Part shown: in pieces, positions 28,605 through 38,330 of the stretch
How the letters are laid out: each line of letters starts with the position of its first letter
Position numbering within the stretch: the stretch's first letter is position 1
Assembly (NCBI GenBank): GCA_002399405.1
Contig: DHDP01000013.1
Coordinates: 150,784 to 214,783, forward strand
Origin: Treponema sp. UBA4873
GTDB taxonomy: Bacteria; Spirochaetota; Spirochaetia; Treponematales; Treponemataceae
DNA: 64,000 nt
Direction: 5' to 3'
Made by a program: the position numbers and the translations under genes
The notes under the pieces: generated by a model
Seen by the model: only the letters and a program-made list of their open reading frames with translations
Told to the model about the DNA's origin: nothing
Databases searched by the model: none

Positions 28605-30764
28605 TCATACTTTGAAAGTGTCGATCTGACTGCCAATCTTTGTTATGGAGTCTTTCATTCGCTGTGATACAGCGGTAAGCGCATTCCCCATATCATCTAC
28701 TTTTGTTGCACCAGCAGACATTTCGTTCATACTGTTTTTCATCGTTACAGTAGCATCTTGTAACCGTTTTACTTCATCTAGTATCGCTTTATTACCTGCA
28801 GACATTTCCTGAGAAGCTGTCCGCACCTCTGTGGTACTGTCGTTCATTGCACTGAGTGCCTGCCCTATCTGTTTGGATCCTTCAGATTGTTCTATCATGG
28901 CACTTTTTATCTGACGTACAAGTTCATCAGTTTGCTGTATTTTCACAGATACGCTCTTGAACGCTTCACTTGACTCTGACGAGGCTGCAACAACTGTATC
29001 GATCGAATCCCTGATTTTATTCAGCTGCTCCCCGATTGTTTTTGACTGAGCACTTGATGTTTCTGACAGTTTTCTGATTTCATCAGAGACAACACTGAAT
29101 CCTTTTCCTGCTTCTCCCGCATGTGCAGCTTCAATTGCCGCATTCATAGCAAGAAGATTTGTCTGGCTTGCAATATTCGCAATTGCCAGATTTGCTTCCT
29201 GAAGCATATCCGACTGTTTTTCTATCTGAGTGATGCGCCTATTAACATCATCCTGCTTTTTCGAACCTTCATGAGCCTTCTGTTGAAGTTCATCAAAAGA
29301 ACCCGCCATTTTCTCAACAGACTGATTTACAGAATCGATATTGCCAATCATCTCCTCAACCGCAGCGGATGCCTGAGTTACCCCTGAAGATTGAGTCTCT
29401 ATCATCCGCTCAAGAGAAGCAATATTAGATGCGATCTGGTTTACGGCCCCTGCGGTTTCTTCTACACTGGATGCCTGGTTTGAAATTTGTTCTCTGACGC
29501 TGTCGATGTTGCCGATAATCTGTTCAATAGACGTACCTGCATCTTCTGCAGTAGTCTGCAAATCCTGTCCGGCCAGAGCGAGAGACTGTTTTGAATTCTT
29601 TATATCAGAAATCATTGAATGCAGTTTTTCAGTAAACCGATTGAATCCGTTTACAACAGATCCGATTTCATTATTGGAGTTGATGGAAATCCGCTGCGTA
29701 AGATCAGCATTGCCAGTCGCTATTCCATTGATTGCTTTTTCCACCTTCTGCAGCGGTTTTAAAGCTATTAGTATAATAAGACTTGCTATAAAAAGGAGCA
29801 GAAATACTATTATGCCGGCGGTGAATACAAGACTTCGAGCCAGTTCGTGAGAAGTTTCGTACATCTGTCCGGCTGAAATCTCAAGAGCACAGCTCCATGG
29901 CGTTCCTGCTATCGGCGCATAAAAAACACAGACTCTCTGCCCTTTGAAATTGTTTATCCACATATATCCGGTTTCGCCCGATATCATCTTTTTTGCCATT
30001 GCGGTTATATCGCTGGAACCAGAGTCTTCTAACGAGGTCAGATTTTTCTTCATGATCAAAGACGTGTCCTGATGTACTATAATGGTTCCGTCTCCCCCAA
30101 GCAGCCACATAAAGCCACTGCTTCCGAGTTTTACACTGTTAATGATATCCTGGACGGTGGAAAGTGTAACGACACCGGAAAAGAACCCGATCGTCCTCCC
30201 ATTTACTTTTGCGGCTTTTGTAACATGCAGTATTTGACCTCCTTTTCCCATATCAATGACAGGATTGTCGACGTCTTCATCTTTTCCATCCTGCATTATA
30301 GCCTTGAAATAGGAACGCTTTGTCAAATCGTATCCGCTATGACCGTCGTCTATAAAAGCACTTCCATCCTTCCCGCTGTACAGGACATAATCGAAATCAC
30401 TGCTTCTGTTATGAACATGGTCTTGAAGCCACTGAAAAATCATCTGCGAGTCACCTGTCTGTACAACGTCGGCTGTCGTGTACAGATTCATCTCTTTCAT
30501 ATATTCGCTTACTTTGTTGGATATTGCTAATGAATATGCACCTGTTATCTCCCGGCAGCTCTGGATATAACTATTTTCAATTAATTTGCCCGATATGCCG
30601 GAAATAAGAAAAATTTGCAGCACAGTTAACACCAGAAACGAAAAACCGAGCGTCAGTAAAAAAAACACGATCAATTTCTGCTTTTTTCTGGGTTTCGGTT
30701 CCTCCGTCAGATTTTGTATACTTTCTTCCTGATTTTCATACGCTGCTTCGCCAATGACCTTCAT
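28605..30764 (-). CDS. methyl-accepting chemotaxis protein with a periplasmic dCache-like sensor and HAMP domain
   Basis: 719 aa with two TM segments flanking an approximately 270-aa sensor. Signalling hairpin [32 protein letters not shown]. Confidence 0.88.
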   Translation of the reverse strand: MKVIGEAAYENQEESIQNLTEEPKPRKKQKLIVFFLLTLGFSFLVLTVLQIFLISGISGKLIENSYIQSCREITGAYSLAISNKVSEYMKEMNLYTTADVVQTGDSQMIFQWLQDHVHNRSSDFDYVLYSGKDGSAFIDDGHSGYDLTKRSYFKAIMQDGKDEDVDNPVIDMGKGGQILHVTKAAKVNGRTIGFFSGVVTLSTVQDIINSVKLGSSGFMWLLGGDGTIIVHQDTSLIMKKNLTSLEDSGSSDITAMAKKMISGETGYMWINNFKGQRVCVFYAPIAGTPWSCALEISAGQMYETSHELARSLVFTAGIIVFLLLFIASLIILIALKPLQKVEKAINGIATGNADLTQRISINSNNEIGSVVNGFNRFTEKLHSMISDIKNSKQSLALAGQDLQTTAEDAGTSIEQIIGNIDSVREQISNQASSVEETAGAVNQIASNIASLERMIETQSSGVTQASAAVEEMIGNIDSVNQSVEKMAGSFDELQQKAHEGSKKQDDVNRRITQIEKQSDMLQEANLAIANIASQTNLLAMNAAIEAAHAGEAGKGFSVVSDEIRKLSETSSAQSKTIGEQLNKIRDSIDTVVAASSESSEAFKSVSVKIQQTDELVRQIKSAMIEQSEGSKQIGQALSAMNDSTTEVRTASQEMSAGNKAILDEVKRLQDATVTMKNSMNEMSAGATKVDDMGNALTAVSQRMKDSITKIGSQIDTFKV

Positions 30765-30965
30765 GAAATTCCCCCGTATAATAGTGCTATCAATTGATTT
30801 TACCGAACCGCCTAGCGATCCAGTATTCAGATGAACACATTATATACCCATATATCAGAAAAAGCTAGTTTTTCAGCTGGGGCTGCATCAATTCTCTTAT
30901 TTTCCTGTTATTTAGTCTGAATTTGAGATAAAAATTGTTCAAATCTTTGGTCTTTTCCGAAAATG

Positions 30966-32096
30966 TTAAGATGCCGGTGTCGTCATGAGCTGCAGTACGA
31001 GTTCCGTCGCAAGCCGGAGATCATCAAGCGTCGTGTATTCACCTGTCGTATGCGGCTGCTGCATTCCGCAGGCTGCGACGATACCGGTAATGCCGTAGAG
31101 CGCAAAATTATTGTTGTCGCTTCCGCCGAATGTCGGTGCAAACTGCGCTTTCAGGCCGAGCGAACGGCACGCTGCGGAAAAATTACGGACAGCGGATGAT
31201 TCAGGCGGTGTCGTATATGCATGAATCCGTATGTCCGACGTTACTGCGGCAGACGCGCCGCAGGCTGCTGCGGCCGTTTCAAAGAGGGTGCGGGTTTCCT
31301 CCATGAGTGCAAGCGCATCGCTGTGGACGGCGCCGCGGATTTCGCCTTCAAGTATAACGGAGTCGGGAACAATATTCGTTGCAGTTCCGCCGCGTATCGT
31401 ACCGATATTGCGGGTACTGTGCGTGCCGATTCTGCCGAGCTGAAGTTTCTGTACGGCGCCTGCCGCCGCCTGTATGGCGTGAACGCCTTTCTCGGGTTCG
31501 AATCCTGCGTGTGCCGCTTTCCCCTTCACTTCAACGGAAAACGAAATAAGCGTCGGTGCGCCCACTGCGGCGCTGCCGATTTGTCCGCTCAGATCGAGTA
31601 CGTACGCTTCTTTTGAACGAAGTATGCTGAAGTCCAACACGCGGCTGCCTCTGCAGTAAACTTCTTCCGCGACGGGAAAGAGCAGCTCGAGGCTGCGGTG
31701 CGGAATACGGCGTGTCTCCAGAATCCGGACTGCTTCAAGAATTTCGGCTACGCCTGCGGCGTCGTCGGCGCCGAGTACGGTGTTCCCTGAACTCGTGATG
31801 CGGCCGCCGTCGTGCAGTACTGCTTTTTTCCCGATGCCCGGCATGACGGTGTCGAGATGTGCGGAAAAAAGCAGCGGTTCTCCGGGAAGCGTTCCGCTCA
31901 TGCGCCCGAGAACGTTGCCTGTGGTAAGAAACTGATCGCGGGAAGGCGCATCGTCTTCCGAAACGCCGGCGCCGAGATCCGAGAGGAATTTCTTTACGTA
32001 ATCCGCTGCGGCTCGTTCGTGCCCGCTCGGAGAGTCTATGCTTACGAGTGTACTGAATAATTCAAAAAGAGGTTCTCCCTCGGCGTGAATTTCCAT
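30966..32096 (-). CDS. M20-family metallopeptidase (PepT/tripeptidase-like)
   Basis: HLDTV, GADDAAG, EEVYCRG and the C-terminal PHTTGEY pattern. ATG at 32096 has GGGAGGA upstream. Confidence 0.75.
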   Translation of the reverse strand: MEIHAEGEPLFELFSTLVSIDSPSGHERAAADYVKKFLSDLGAGVSEDDAPSRDQFLTTGNVLGRMSGTLPGEPLLFSAHLDTVMPGIGKKAVLHDGGRITSSGNTVLGADDAAGVAEILEAVRILETRRIPHRSLELLFPVAEEVYCRGSRVLDFSILRSKEAYVLDLSGQIGSAAVGAPTLISFSVEVKGKAAHAGFEPEKGVHAIQAAAGAVQKLQLGRIGTHSTRNIGTIRGGTATNIVPDSVILEGEIRGAVHSDALALMEETRTLFETAAAACGASAAVTSDIRIHAYTTPPESSAVRNFSAACRSLGLKAQFAPTFGGSDNNNFALYGITGIVAACGMQQPHTTGEYTTLDDLRLATELVLQLMTTPAS

Positions 32097-32142
32097 ATCA
32101 GTTCTTCCTCCCATTAACAAAAAATGTATTTCCGTGTTTCAT

Positions 32143-33186
32143 TCAATAATGAAGGAATTTTTCGCCGGGCGTTCTGCTCAGTCTGCTCCTGTTCTGCGGA
32201 ACGGACCAGACGGCGTCGTAATCGATCTGATCCGCGAAGCGCGTATTAAAGTCGATGAAGTTCGAACCGTCTGTCAGTTTTTCCTTATGAGTGCCTGCTG
32301 ACGCAATATCTTTCAGATACGTGTTGTTTCTGAATGCGGGAATCACGTACAGGTCGCGCGCGTACTCCCACAGGTTTTTGTAGTCGACTACCCGGTGCTT
32401 GATGGGGCCGATATTCCTGTAATAGTGCGTGTCGAACCGGGCGAGCGTAACGAACAGGCGTACGTCGCTGTCGGTCACGTAATCGCCGAAGAGAAACCGT
32501 TTGTCCTCAAGACGTTTTTCGAGCAGATCGAGCGAATCGTAAAAATCATCGAACGCTTCGTTGTACGCGGTAACCGACTGTGCAAACATCATACGGTACG
32601 TAGCATTGTTCACATGCGGAAACAGCCAGTCGTTGAGTTCGTCGATATCTTTGCGCAGATGAACCGGGTAGATGTCGGGCGCATCAGGTTTCTGAAACGG
32701 CCTGAATGCCGCTTCCAGATAATTTGTAAGCCTGTTGTAGTCGTTGTTCACTACTTTTCCGGTCGTCACGTCGACAAGTGCGGGAACGGTGCAGCGGCCG
32801 GTATAGGAAGGATCGGTCCGGTTATACAATTCGCTGAGAAACTGAACGCCAAGCACCGGATCGCGGCGGTCTTTGTCGTAGACGCATTCCCAGCCGTACG
32901 CACTGTTTTCCGGGCTGCGGCCTACGAGATTTATGCTCACGGCATTCTCAAGACCGAGCAGTTCGCGCACAATCGAGGAACGGTTCGACCAGTGGCATCC
33001 TTTTGCCCAGAAGAGCCGGTAGCGGCCGCTTTCGGCTTTCAGATCTTCAGGTCCGTTCCCGAACGGTGTACGGAACCGGTTCGGCTGTCTCTGAAACGCA
33101 CCGCGTTCGTCGATTTCAACTTTTATTTCATTAGGCCGTTTCTTTAAATTTTCTTCCGGCGTTTTTACATCGCATCCGCAGCTCAT
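32143..33186 (-). CDS. Xi-class glutathione transferase / glutathionyl-hydroquinone reductase-like (YqjG/ECM4 family), paralog 1, most divergent
   Basis: Family architecture is kept (GRYRLFWAKGCHWSNR, TVPALVD, DVRLFVTLARFDTHYY). Active-site box reads CHWSNR instead of CPWAHR, and NNATYRMMFA replaces NNGVYKAGFA. N-terminus MSCGCD. Confidence 0.8.
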   Translation of the reverse strand: MSCGCDVKTPEENLKKRPNEIKVEIDERGAFQRQPNRFRTPFGNGPEDLKAESGRYRLFWAKGCHWSNRSSIVRELLGLENAVSINLVGRSPENSAYGWECVYDKDRRDPVLGVQFLSELYNRTDPSYTGRCTVPALVDVTTGKVVNNDYNRLTNYLEAAFRPFQKPDAPDIYPVHLRKDIDELNDWLFPHVNNATYRMMFAQSVTAYNEAFDDFYDSLDLLEKRLEDKRFLFGDYVTDSDVRLFVTLARFDTHYYRNIGPIKHRVVDYKNLWEYARDLYVIPAFRNNTYLKDIASAGTHKEKLTDGSNFIDFNTRFADQIDYDAVWSVPQNRSRLSRTPGEKFLHY

Positions 33187-33205
33187 TCAGTACCTCCGTG
33201 CTTTT

Positions 33206-34195
33206 TCATTGTTCAATACGGAATTTTTGTTCCGGGTGACTGCTCAGCCGTGAACGTTCCTCAGCCGGCAGATTCCAGACCGACGCGTCGGGACCTTTCG
33301 GGACAATTCTGAACGGATTGCCGGTAACGGCGCACAGGTGATAATGCTTTTTGATCGCTTCAAAATCAGTCGTATCGCCGAATCCATGTGTCTGGTACAG
33401 ATCGCGCGCATATCCCCAGAGATTCCGGTAATCGCGGATTCTGTTCCTGTTTACCTTGAATCCGTTGTAATACGCAGCGTCGAACCGGGCGAGCGTAACG
33501 TACAGGCGCACGTCGGATTCGGTAATAAAATCGCCGAAAAGGAAACGTTTTGTTCCCAGTTCTTTTTCCAGGCTGTCGAGCCGGGCAAATACGGTGTCGT
33601 ATGCTTTTTCATACGCTCCCTGACTGCGGGCAAATCCCGCTTTATAGACGCCGTTGTTCACTTCGTGAAACAGTATATCGTTGAGCGAATCGATGTCGCC
33701 GCGCAGCTGCTCAGGATAGAGATCGGGAGCATCCGCGCGGTGAAACGGCTTCCATGCGGTCTCCCACCAGCGTGTCAGATTGAAGTAATCGTTGTTGACC
33801 GCTTTTCCAGTCTTCAGGTCGACGACGACCGGAACGGTAAAACGCCCCGTATACTCCGGGTCTGCTTTCAGATAGACGTCGCTGATGTACGCAACGTGAA
33901 GCACCGGATCGAGTCCGTCCCTGTCGAGCGTGAAAGCCCAGTCGCTTTCGGGTTTGTCCGGCCGTACCGGATCAGCCGTACCGAGACTGATTACTTTGTC
34001 GAGTCCGAGCAGACTGCGTACAATGACCGAACGGTGCGCCCACGGGCAGACAGGCGCCCAGAGCAGCCTGTACCGTCCGGCCTCAACGGGCAGCTCGCCC
34101 GGTCCGCTTCCGAACGGAGTTGTAAATTCGTTATACTGCCGGTGGAATTCTCCGCCGTTCTGAATCTCGCCGCCTATCCATTCTTTTACTGACAT
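33206..34195 (-). CDS. Xi-class GST / glutathionyl-hydroquinone reductase-like, paralog 2 (canonical CPWAHR)
   Basis: GRYRLLWAPVCPWAHRSVIV, VNNGVYKAGFARSQ, DVRLYVTLARFDAAYY. Confidence 0.88.
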   Translation of the reverse strand: MSVKEWIGGEIQNGGEFHRQYNEFTTPFGSGPGELPVEAGRYRLLWAPVCPWAHRSVIVRSLLGLDKVISLGTADPVRPDKPESDWAFTLDRDGLDPVLHVAYISDVYLKADPEYTGRFTVPVVVDLKTGKAVNNDYFNLTRWWETAWKPFHRADAPDLYPEQLRGDIDSLNDILFHEVNNGVYKAGFARSQGAYEKAYDTVFARLDSLEKELGTKRFLFGDFITESDVRLYVTLARFDAAYYNGFKVNRNRIRDYRNLWGYARDLYQTHGFGDTTDFEAIKKHYHLCAVTGNPFRIVPKGPDASVWNLPAEERSRLSSHPEQKFRIEQ

Positions 34196-34225
34196 ACATG
34201 TCCTTCCTTATTCGTGCGGAGGGTT

Positions 34226-35269
34226 TTATACCCCGACACGGAATTTCTGTTCCCGATGACTGCTCAACCGTAAACGTTCCTCCGCCGGCACATTCCATCC
34301 GCTTGTGTCGGGGCCTTTCGCGACAAGTCCGTACACGTTGCCCTCCAGCGCACGCAGGTGCGGCGACGTCTGGTAATGAATCTTGTACTTGTCGAAACAG
34401 GTCGTCTCCCTGAATTCCGGAATCTGATACAGGTCGCGGGCATATCCCCATAAATTGTGGTAGTCGGCGATTCTGTTCCGGTTCGCACGGAAGACAGTGT
34501 TGTAGACAACGTCGAACCGCGCGAGCGTCGGATAGAGCCTGACGTCGCTGTCGGTGACGAAGTCGCCGAACAGAAAACGGTCCGAAGAGAGCCGTTTTTC
34601 GAGATAATCGAGCGCCTGAAACAGCCTGTCGTATGCAGCTTCGTACGCCGCCTGAGTGCGCGCAAAGCCGACATCGTAGACGCCGTTGTTCACGCGTTTG
34701 AAAATGAACAAGTCAAGTTCGTCTATGTCGGAACGGAGATCCTGCGGATACAGATCCGGCGCATTTTTTTTGTGAAACGGTTTCCACTCTGTGTCGAGCT
34801 GCTGGGGAATCCGGAAATGATCGTTCGTCACGCCCAGTCCCGTCTTCGTGTCGACGATAATCGGCACCGTTGGACGCTCGTTAAAATCGCTTTTCGTGCG
34901 CGTGTATATTTCTTTCAGATAGTGTATGCCGAGCACAGGATCTTTTCCGCCGGGATCGTCGGAAAACACCCAGCCTTCTCTGTCGCGCATGAGACCTGCA
35001 GCCCCCAGACTGATGACGCTGTCGAGCCCGAGCAGGTTCCGCGTAATGACGACTTTGTGCGCGTGCGGGCACGCCGGCATCCAGACGAGGTGGTACCGCC
35101 CCGCTTCCACGGGCCATTCGCCCGGGCCGCTGCCGAATCTGCCTTTAAACAGATTATCCTGAATCTGCATACTTCCGTCGCTGTTCATCTGATGACGGAA
35201 CGTGTCCTCAAAAAGCTGTGCGCCGGAGCTTTCGTCCGGTCGTGAAACAGTGCAGCATTCGTTGCTCAT
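34226..35269 (-). CDS. Xi-class GST / glutathionyl-hydroquinone reductase-like, paralog 3
   Basis: GRYHLVWMPACPHAHKVVIT, VNNGVYDVGFARTQ, DVRLYPTLARFDVVY. N-terminus MSNECC. Confidence 0.85.
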   Translation of the reverse strand: MSNECCTVSRPDESSGAQLFEDTFRHQMNSDGSMQIQDNLFKGRFGSGPGEWPVEAGRYHLVWMPACPHAHKVVITRNLLGLDSVISLGAAGLMRDREGWVFSDDPGGKDPVLGIHYLKEIYTRTKSDFNERPTVPIIVDTKTGLGVTNDHFRIPQQLDTEWKPFHKKNAPDLYPQDLRSDIDELDLFIFKRVNNGVYDVGFARTQAAYEAAYDRLFQALDYLEKRLSSDRFLFGDFVTDSDVRLYPTLARFDVVYNTVFRANRNRIADYHNLWGYARDLYQIPEFRETTCFDKYKIHYQTSPHLRALEGNVYGLVAKGPDTSGWNVPAEERLRLSSHREQKFRVGV

Positions 35270-35278
35270 CGCCGCGCC

Positions 35279-36271
35279 TCACTGCTGTTCCGCACGGAAT
35301 TTGTGCTCAGGGTCGCGGCTCAGTTTTGCCCGTCCGTGCGGTTCGTTCCATATGGAAACGTCGGGACCTTTCGCAAGGATTCCGTACGGGTTCTGACTCT
35401 GCGAACCGAGCTGATAGCCGCGTTTTATCGAATCGAAATCGGTATTCACGCCGAATCCCGGCGTCTGGTACAAATCTTTCGCATATCCCCAGAGATTCGG
35501 AAAGTCTATGAGTCTGTTGCGGTTGACGCGGAAAACGATATAGTACGCCGCATCGAAACGCGCAAGCGTCACGTAGAGACGTATATCCGAATCGGTGACG
35601 TAGTCGCCGAACAGAAAGCGCCGCGCCGACAGCCGTTCTTCAAGCTGATCGAGCCGGGCAAAAAGCGCGTCGTATGCTTTTTCGTATTCCTGCTGCGTTT
35701 CAGCGAATCCCGCTTTGTATACGCCGTTGTTCACGTCGTTGAAAATAACGTCGTTGAGCGAATCGATGTCGCCGTGCAGCTCTTCGGGATACAGGTCGGG
35801 CGCCCCTTTTTTATGGAACGGCTTCCACGCAGTCTCCCAGTAGTTGGTGAGTTTGAAGTAATCGTTGTTGACGACTCTGCGCGTTTTAACGTCGACGACA
35901 GTCGGCACCGTCGCCCTGCCGTCGTATTCGGGATCGGTTTCCGCGTAGATTTCCGGCAGATACCGTATCTTCAACACGGGGTCCACGCCGTCCGGGTCGA
36001 GCGAGAATTCCCATCCCTGCGGCGTGCGTACCGGATTAACTTTTCCGGTGCTGATGACGCTGTCGAGTCCGAGCAGACTGAATGCGATTGTCTGCCTGTT
36101 TGCCCACGGACAGATTGCCGCCCAGATGAGCCGGTAACGGCCCGCCTCGACGGGCAGCTCGCCCGGTCCGCTTCCGAACGGAGTCGTGAACCTGTTCTTC
36201 TGACGCTGAAATGCGCCTGTCGGCGTTATCTCATGTGCACTTTCCGAAGTTGCTACTTTACCTTCTGCCAT
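35279..36271 (-). CDS. Xi-class GST / glutathionyl-hydroquinone reductase-like, paralog 4
   Basis: GRYRLIWAAICPWANRQTIA, VNNGVYKAGFAETQ, DIRLYVTLARFDAAYY. ATG at 36271 with GGAGG upstream. Confidence 0.87.
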   Translation of the reverse strand: MAEGKVATSESAHEITPTGAFQRQKNRFTTPFGSGPGELPVEAGRYRLIWAAICPWANRQTIAFSLLGLDSVISTGKVNPVRTPQGWEFSLDPDGVDPVLKIRYLPEIYAETDPEYDGRATVPTVVDVKTRRVVNNDYFKLTNYWETAWKPFHKKGAPDLYPEELHGDIDSLNDVIFNDVNNGVYKAGFAETQQEYEKAYDALFARLDQLEERLSARRFLFGDYVTDSDIRLYVTLARFDAAYYIVFRVNRNRLIDFPNLWGYAKDLYQTPGFGVNTDFDSIKRGYQLGSQSQNPYGILAKGPDVSIWNEPHGRAKLSRDPEHKFRAEQQ

Positions 36272-36293
36272 ATACGAAACCTCCATAAGAGTT

Positions 36294-36321
36294 ACCTCTA
36301 AAAACTGAAGTTTTTAGAGGT
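36294..36321 (-). other. perfect 12-bp palindrome/hairpin between the GNAT gene and GST paralog 4
   Basis: ACCTCTAAAAAC-TGAA-GTTTTTAGAGGT. No U-tract on either strand. Confidence 0.6.
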
Positions 36322-36359
36322 TCCCATAAGAAAATCAGGCGGAGCTTACGCACCGTTCG

Positions 36360-36794
36360 TTAAATTTTTTTCTCGGTATAAATCGTTTTGAAAACACCGC
36401 TGTCGTCGGTATTCGCATAGTCGGCGGTATATCCGAGTTTTTCGTAAAAGCCGACGGCCTCGTCGCGGCTCGTGATGATAACATCGTTCACACCGAACGA
36501 TTTGAGCCACTCTTCCGCACCCGCGACAACCTGCCGTCCCACTCCTTTACCGCGGTATTCTTCCAGAACGCAGACGCGCTCGATTTTAGCGCGGCCACCG
36601 TCGAGAATGTGAAGACGGCACGTTCCGACGGGGAGACGGCCATCGAGCGCGAGAATATATTTCGTTTCCGGCGTATCTCGTTCGTCGAATTCCTGATCGA
36701 GCCGGACGCCGAAACCCCTGATCATTGCCTGCGTGCGCACGTAATGAACGCCCGCGCGCTGCCATTCGTTTTCTGCATGGATAATCGTTATCAT
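36360..36794 (-). CDS. GNAT-family N-acetyltransferase
   Basis: 144 aa. Acetyl-CoA site pattern VLEEYRGKGVGRQVV. Confidence 0.8.
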   Translation of the reverse strand: MITIIHAENEWQRAGVHYVRTQAMIRGFGVRLDQEFDERDTPETKYILALDGRLPVGTCRLHILDGGRAKIERVCVLEEYRGKGVGRQVVAGAEEWLKSFGVNDVIITSRDEAVGFYEKLGYTADYANTDDSGVFKTIYTEKKI

Positions 36795-36809
36795 TTGTTT
36801 ATACTCCCC

Positions 36810-37574
36810 TTAAATTACGTAATCAAGATTCGACAGCGCTTTCGTCTTATACAGAAAATCTTTGAGACGCTGGCTCCGAGGATTTTCAAACAGCTGTTTT
36901 GCAGTCCCCTGTTCGACAATTTTTCCCTTCTCAAGAAAAATTACTTTATTGGAAACCTGCCGTACGAAATTCATCTCGTGCGTTACGAGCAGAATCGTGT
37001 TTCCGTCCTGCGCCGCCTTGCGGATTGTCGCAAGTACTTCGCCGACAAGTTCCGGATCGAGCGCGGACGTCGGTTCGTCCATAAGCAGCAGCCGCGGTTC
37101 CATTGCAAGCGCGCGTGCGATAGCGACGCGCTGCTGCTGTCCGCCCGATAAATGCGCCGGATAGTGATAAAGCCAGCCGCCGAGTCCGACTTTCTCAAGC
37201 TGCGCCCGAGCCGTGCGCTCAGCTTCCGCCCGACTGTATTTTTTTACGACGATCAGTCCTTCCATCACGTTCTCAAGGACTGTCTTGAGTTTAAAGAGAT
37301 TGAACTGCTGAAAAACCATCTCCGTATACCGGCGGAGTTCGTGAAGTTCTTTTCCCTTAATGCTGCTCAAATTGAATTCGGTCCCGCCGATAGTGACGTT
37401 CCCCTGCTCCGGCTGCTCGAGCAGATTCAGGCAGCGCAGCAGCGTCGATTTGCCTGTTCCCGACGGACCGATAATGCTTACGACAGTCCCCTCTTCTATG
37501 CTCAAGTCCACGCCGTCGAGTACGACGTTCGTTCCGAATTTTTTAGCCAGACTGCGTATTTCTATCGTGCTCAT
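36810..37574 (-). CDS. polar amino acid ABC transporter ATP-binding protein
   Basis: GPSGTGKST, LSGGQQQRVAIARAL, LLMDEPTSALDPE (GlnQ/TcyC-like). Confidence 0.88.
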   Translation of the reverse strand: MSTIEIRSLAKKFGTNVVLDGVDLSIEEGTVVSIIGPSGTGKSTLLRCLNLLEQPEQGNVTIGGTEFNLSSIKGKELHELRRYTEMVFQQFNLFKLKTVLENVMEGLIVVKKYSRAEAERTARAQLEKVGLGGWLYHYPAHLSGGQQQRVAIARALAMEPRLLLMDEPTSALDPELVGEVLATIRKAAQDGNTILLVTHEMNFVRQVSNKVIFLEKGKIVEQGTAKQLFENPRSQRLKDFLYKTKALSNLDYVI

Positions 37575-38314
37575 ATTTCCGCTCCTGAAGGAACTCCCTT
37601 CGGTACAACCGGGCTGTCCGGAACAGTGAAGCGTTTTTCAAGAACGCGGAATATCCGCTCAATGACGAGCGTCAGTCCCCAGTAAATAATCGCAAGCGAA
37701 CAGTACGATTCAAAATAGCGGTAGCTTGTCCCCGCGAGTATTTTTCCTTCCGCCGTCATTTCGACAACCGAACAGGAAAAGGCAAGCGACGTTCCTTTTA
37801 AAAGAGCTATGAGCGAATTCCCGAGCGACGGAAGCGCCACCGCAAGCGCCTCGGGAAACAGAATACGGCGCAGTATCTGCATGTTCGTCATGTTGATCGA
37901 CTTAGCCGCTTCTATCTGTCCCTTGTCGACGGAATTGATTGCGGAGCGGATCGTTTCCGAATCGAACGCTGACTGATTCAGTCCGAGCGCGACGATTGCG
38001 AACACTATCGACGGTATGCTGTTGATGTTGTAGCTGCTCCCGTGATAGTAATTAAAATACTTGAGTGCGAGCGGAATGCCGAAATACGACAGATAGAGCT
38101 GTACGATAATCGGCGTACCGCGCATGACGGAAACGAACACTGCCGCAATCTGGTAAAGCACCGGTATTTTGTTCTGCTTTACAAGCGCAATAATAAGTCC
38201 GAGCACCCAGCCGATAATCATCGCTGCAACAGTCAGTTCGAGCGTGACCGGCAGATATGCAAGAAGCTGCGGTATCTGGGTAAAAACAAGTTCGGCATCA
38301 AAAAGCTTGGGCAT
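37571..38314 (-). CDS. polar amino acid ABC transporter permease
   Basis: 247 aa, HisM/GlnP-type, EAA-like segment VDKGQIEAAKSINMTNMQILRRILFPEA. Confidence 0.85.
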   Translation of the reverse strand: MPKLFDAELVFTQIPQLLAYLPVTLELTVAAMIIGWVLGLIIALVKQNKIPVLYQIAAVFVSVMRGTPIIVQLYLSYFGIPLALKYFNYYHGSSYNINSIPSIVFAIVALGLNQSAFDSETIRSAINSVDKGQIEAAKSINMTNMQILRRILFPEALAVALPSLGNSLIALLKGTSLAFSCSVVEMTAEGKILAGTSYRYFESYCSLAIIYWGLTLVIERIFRVLEKRFTVPDSPVVPKGVPSGAEI

Positions 38315-38330
38315 CGGAGACCTCGTTCAC

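Noticed and set aside
23438-30965. Calling the AT-rich block an integrative mobile element
   Set aside because: I could find no integrase, transposase, excisionase or direct repeat of the tRNA-Val 3' end at the distal border (30.77-30.96 kb). It is reported only as a compositionally atypical accessory block.
32395-36301. Four long plus-strand ORFs (32395-33147, 33338-34192, 34457-35245, 35303-36301) mirroring the GST paralogs
   Set aside because: Each is the antisense frame of a GST-Xi gene with strong family motifs. Their recurrence simply reflects the paralogy of the sense genes.
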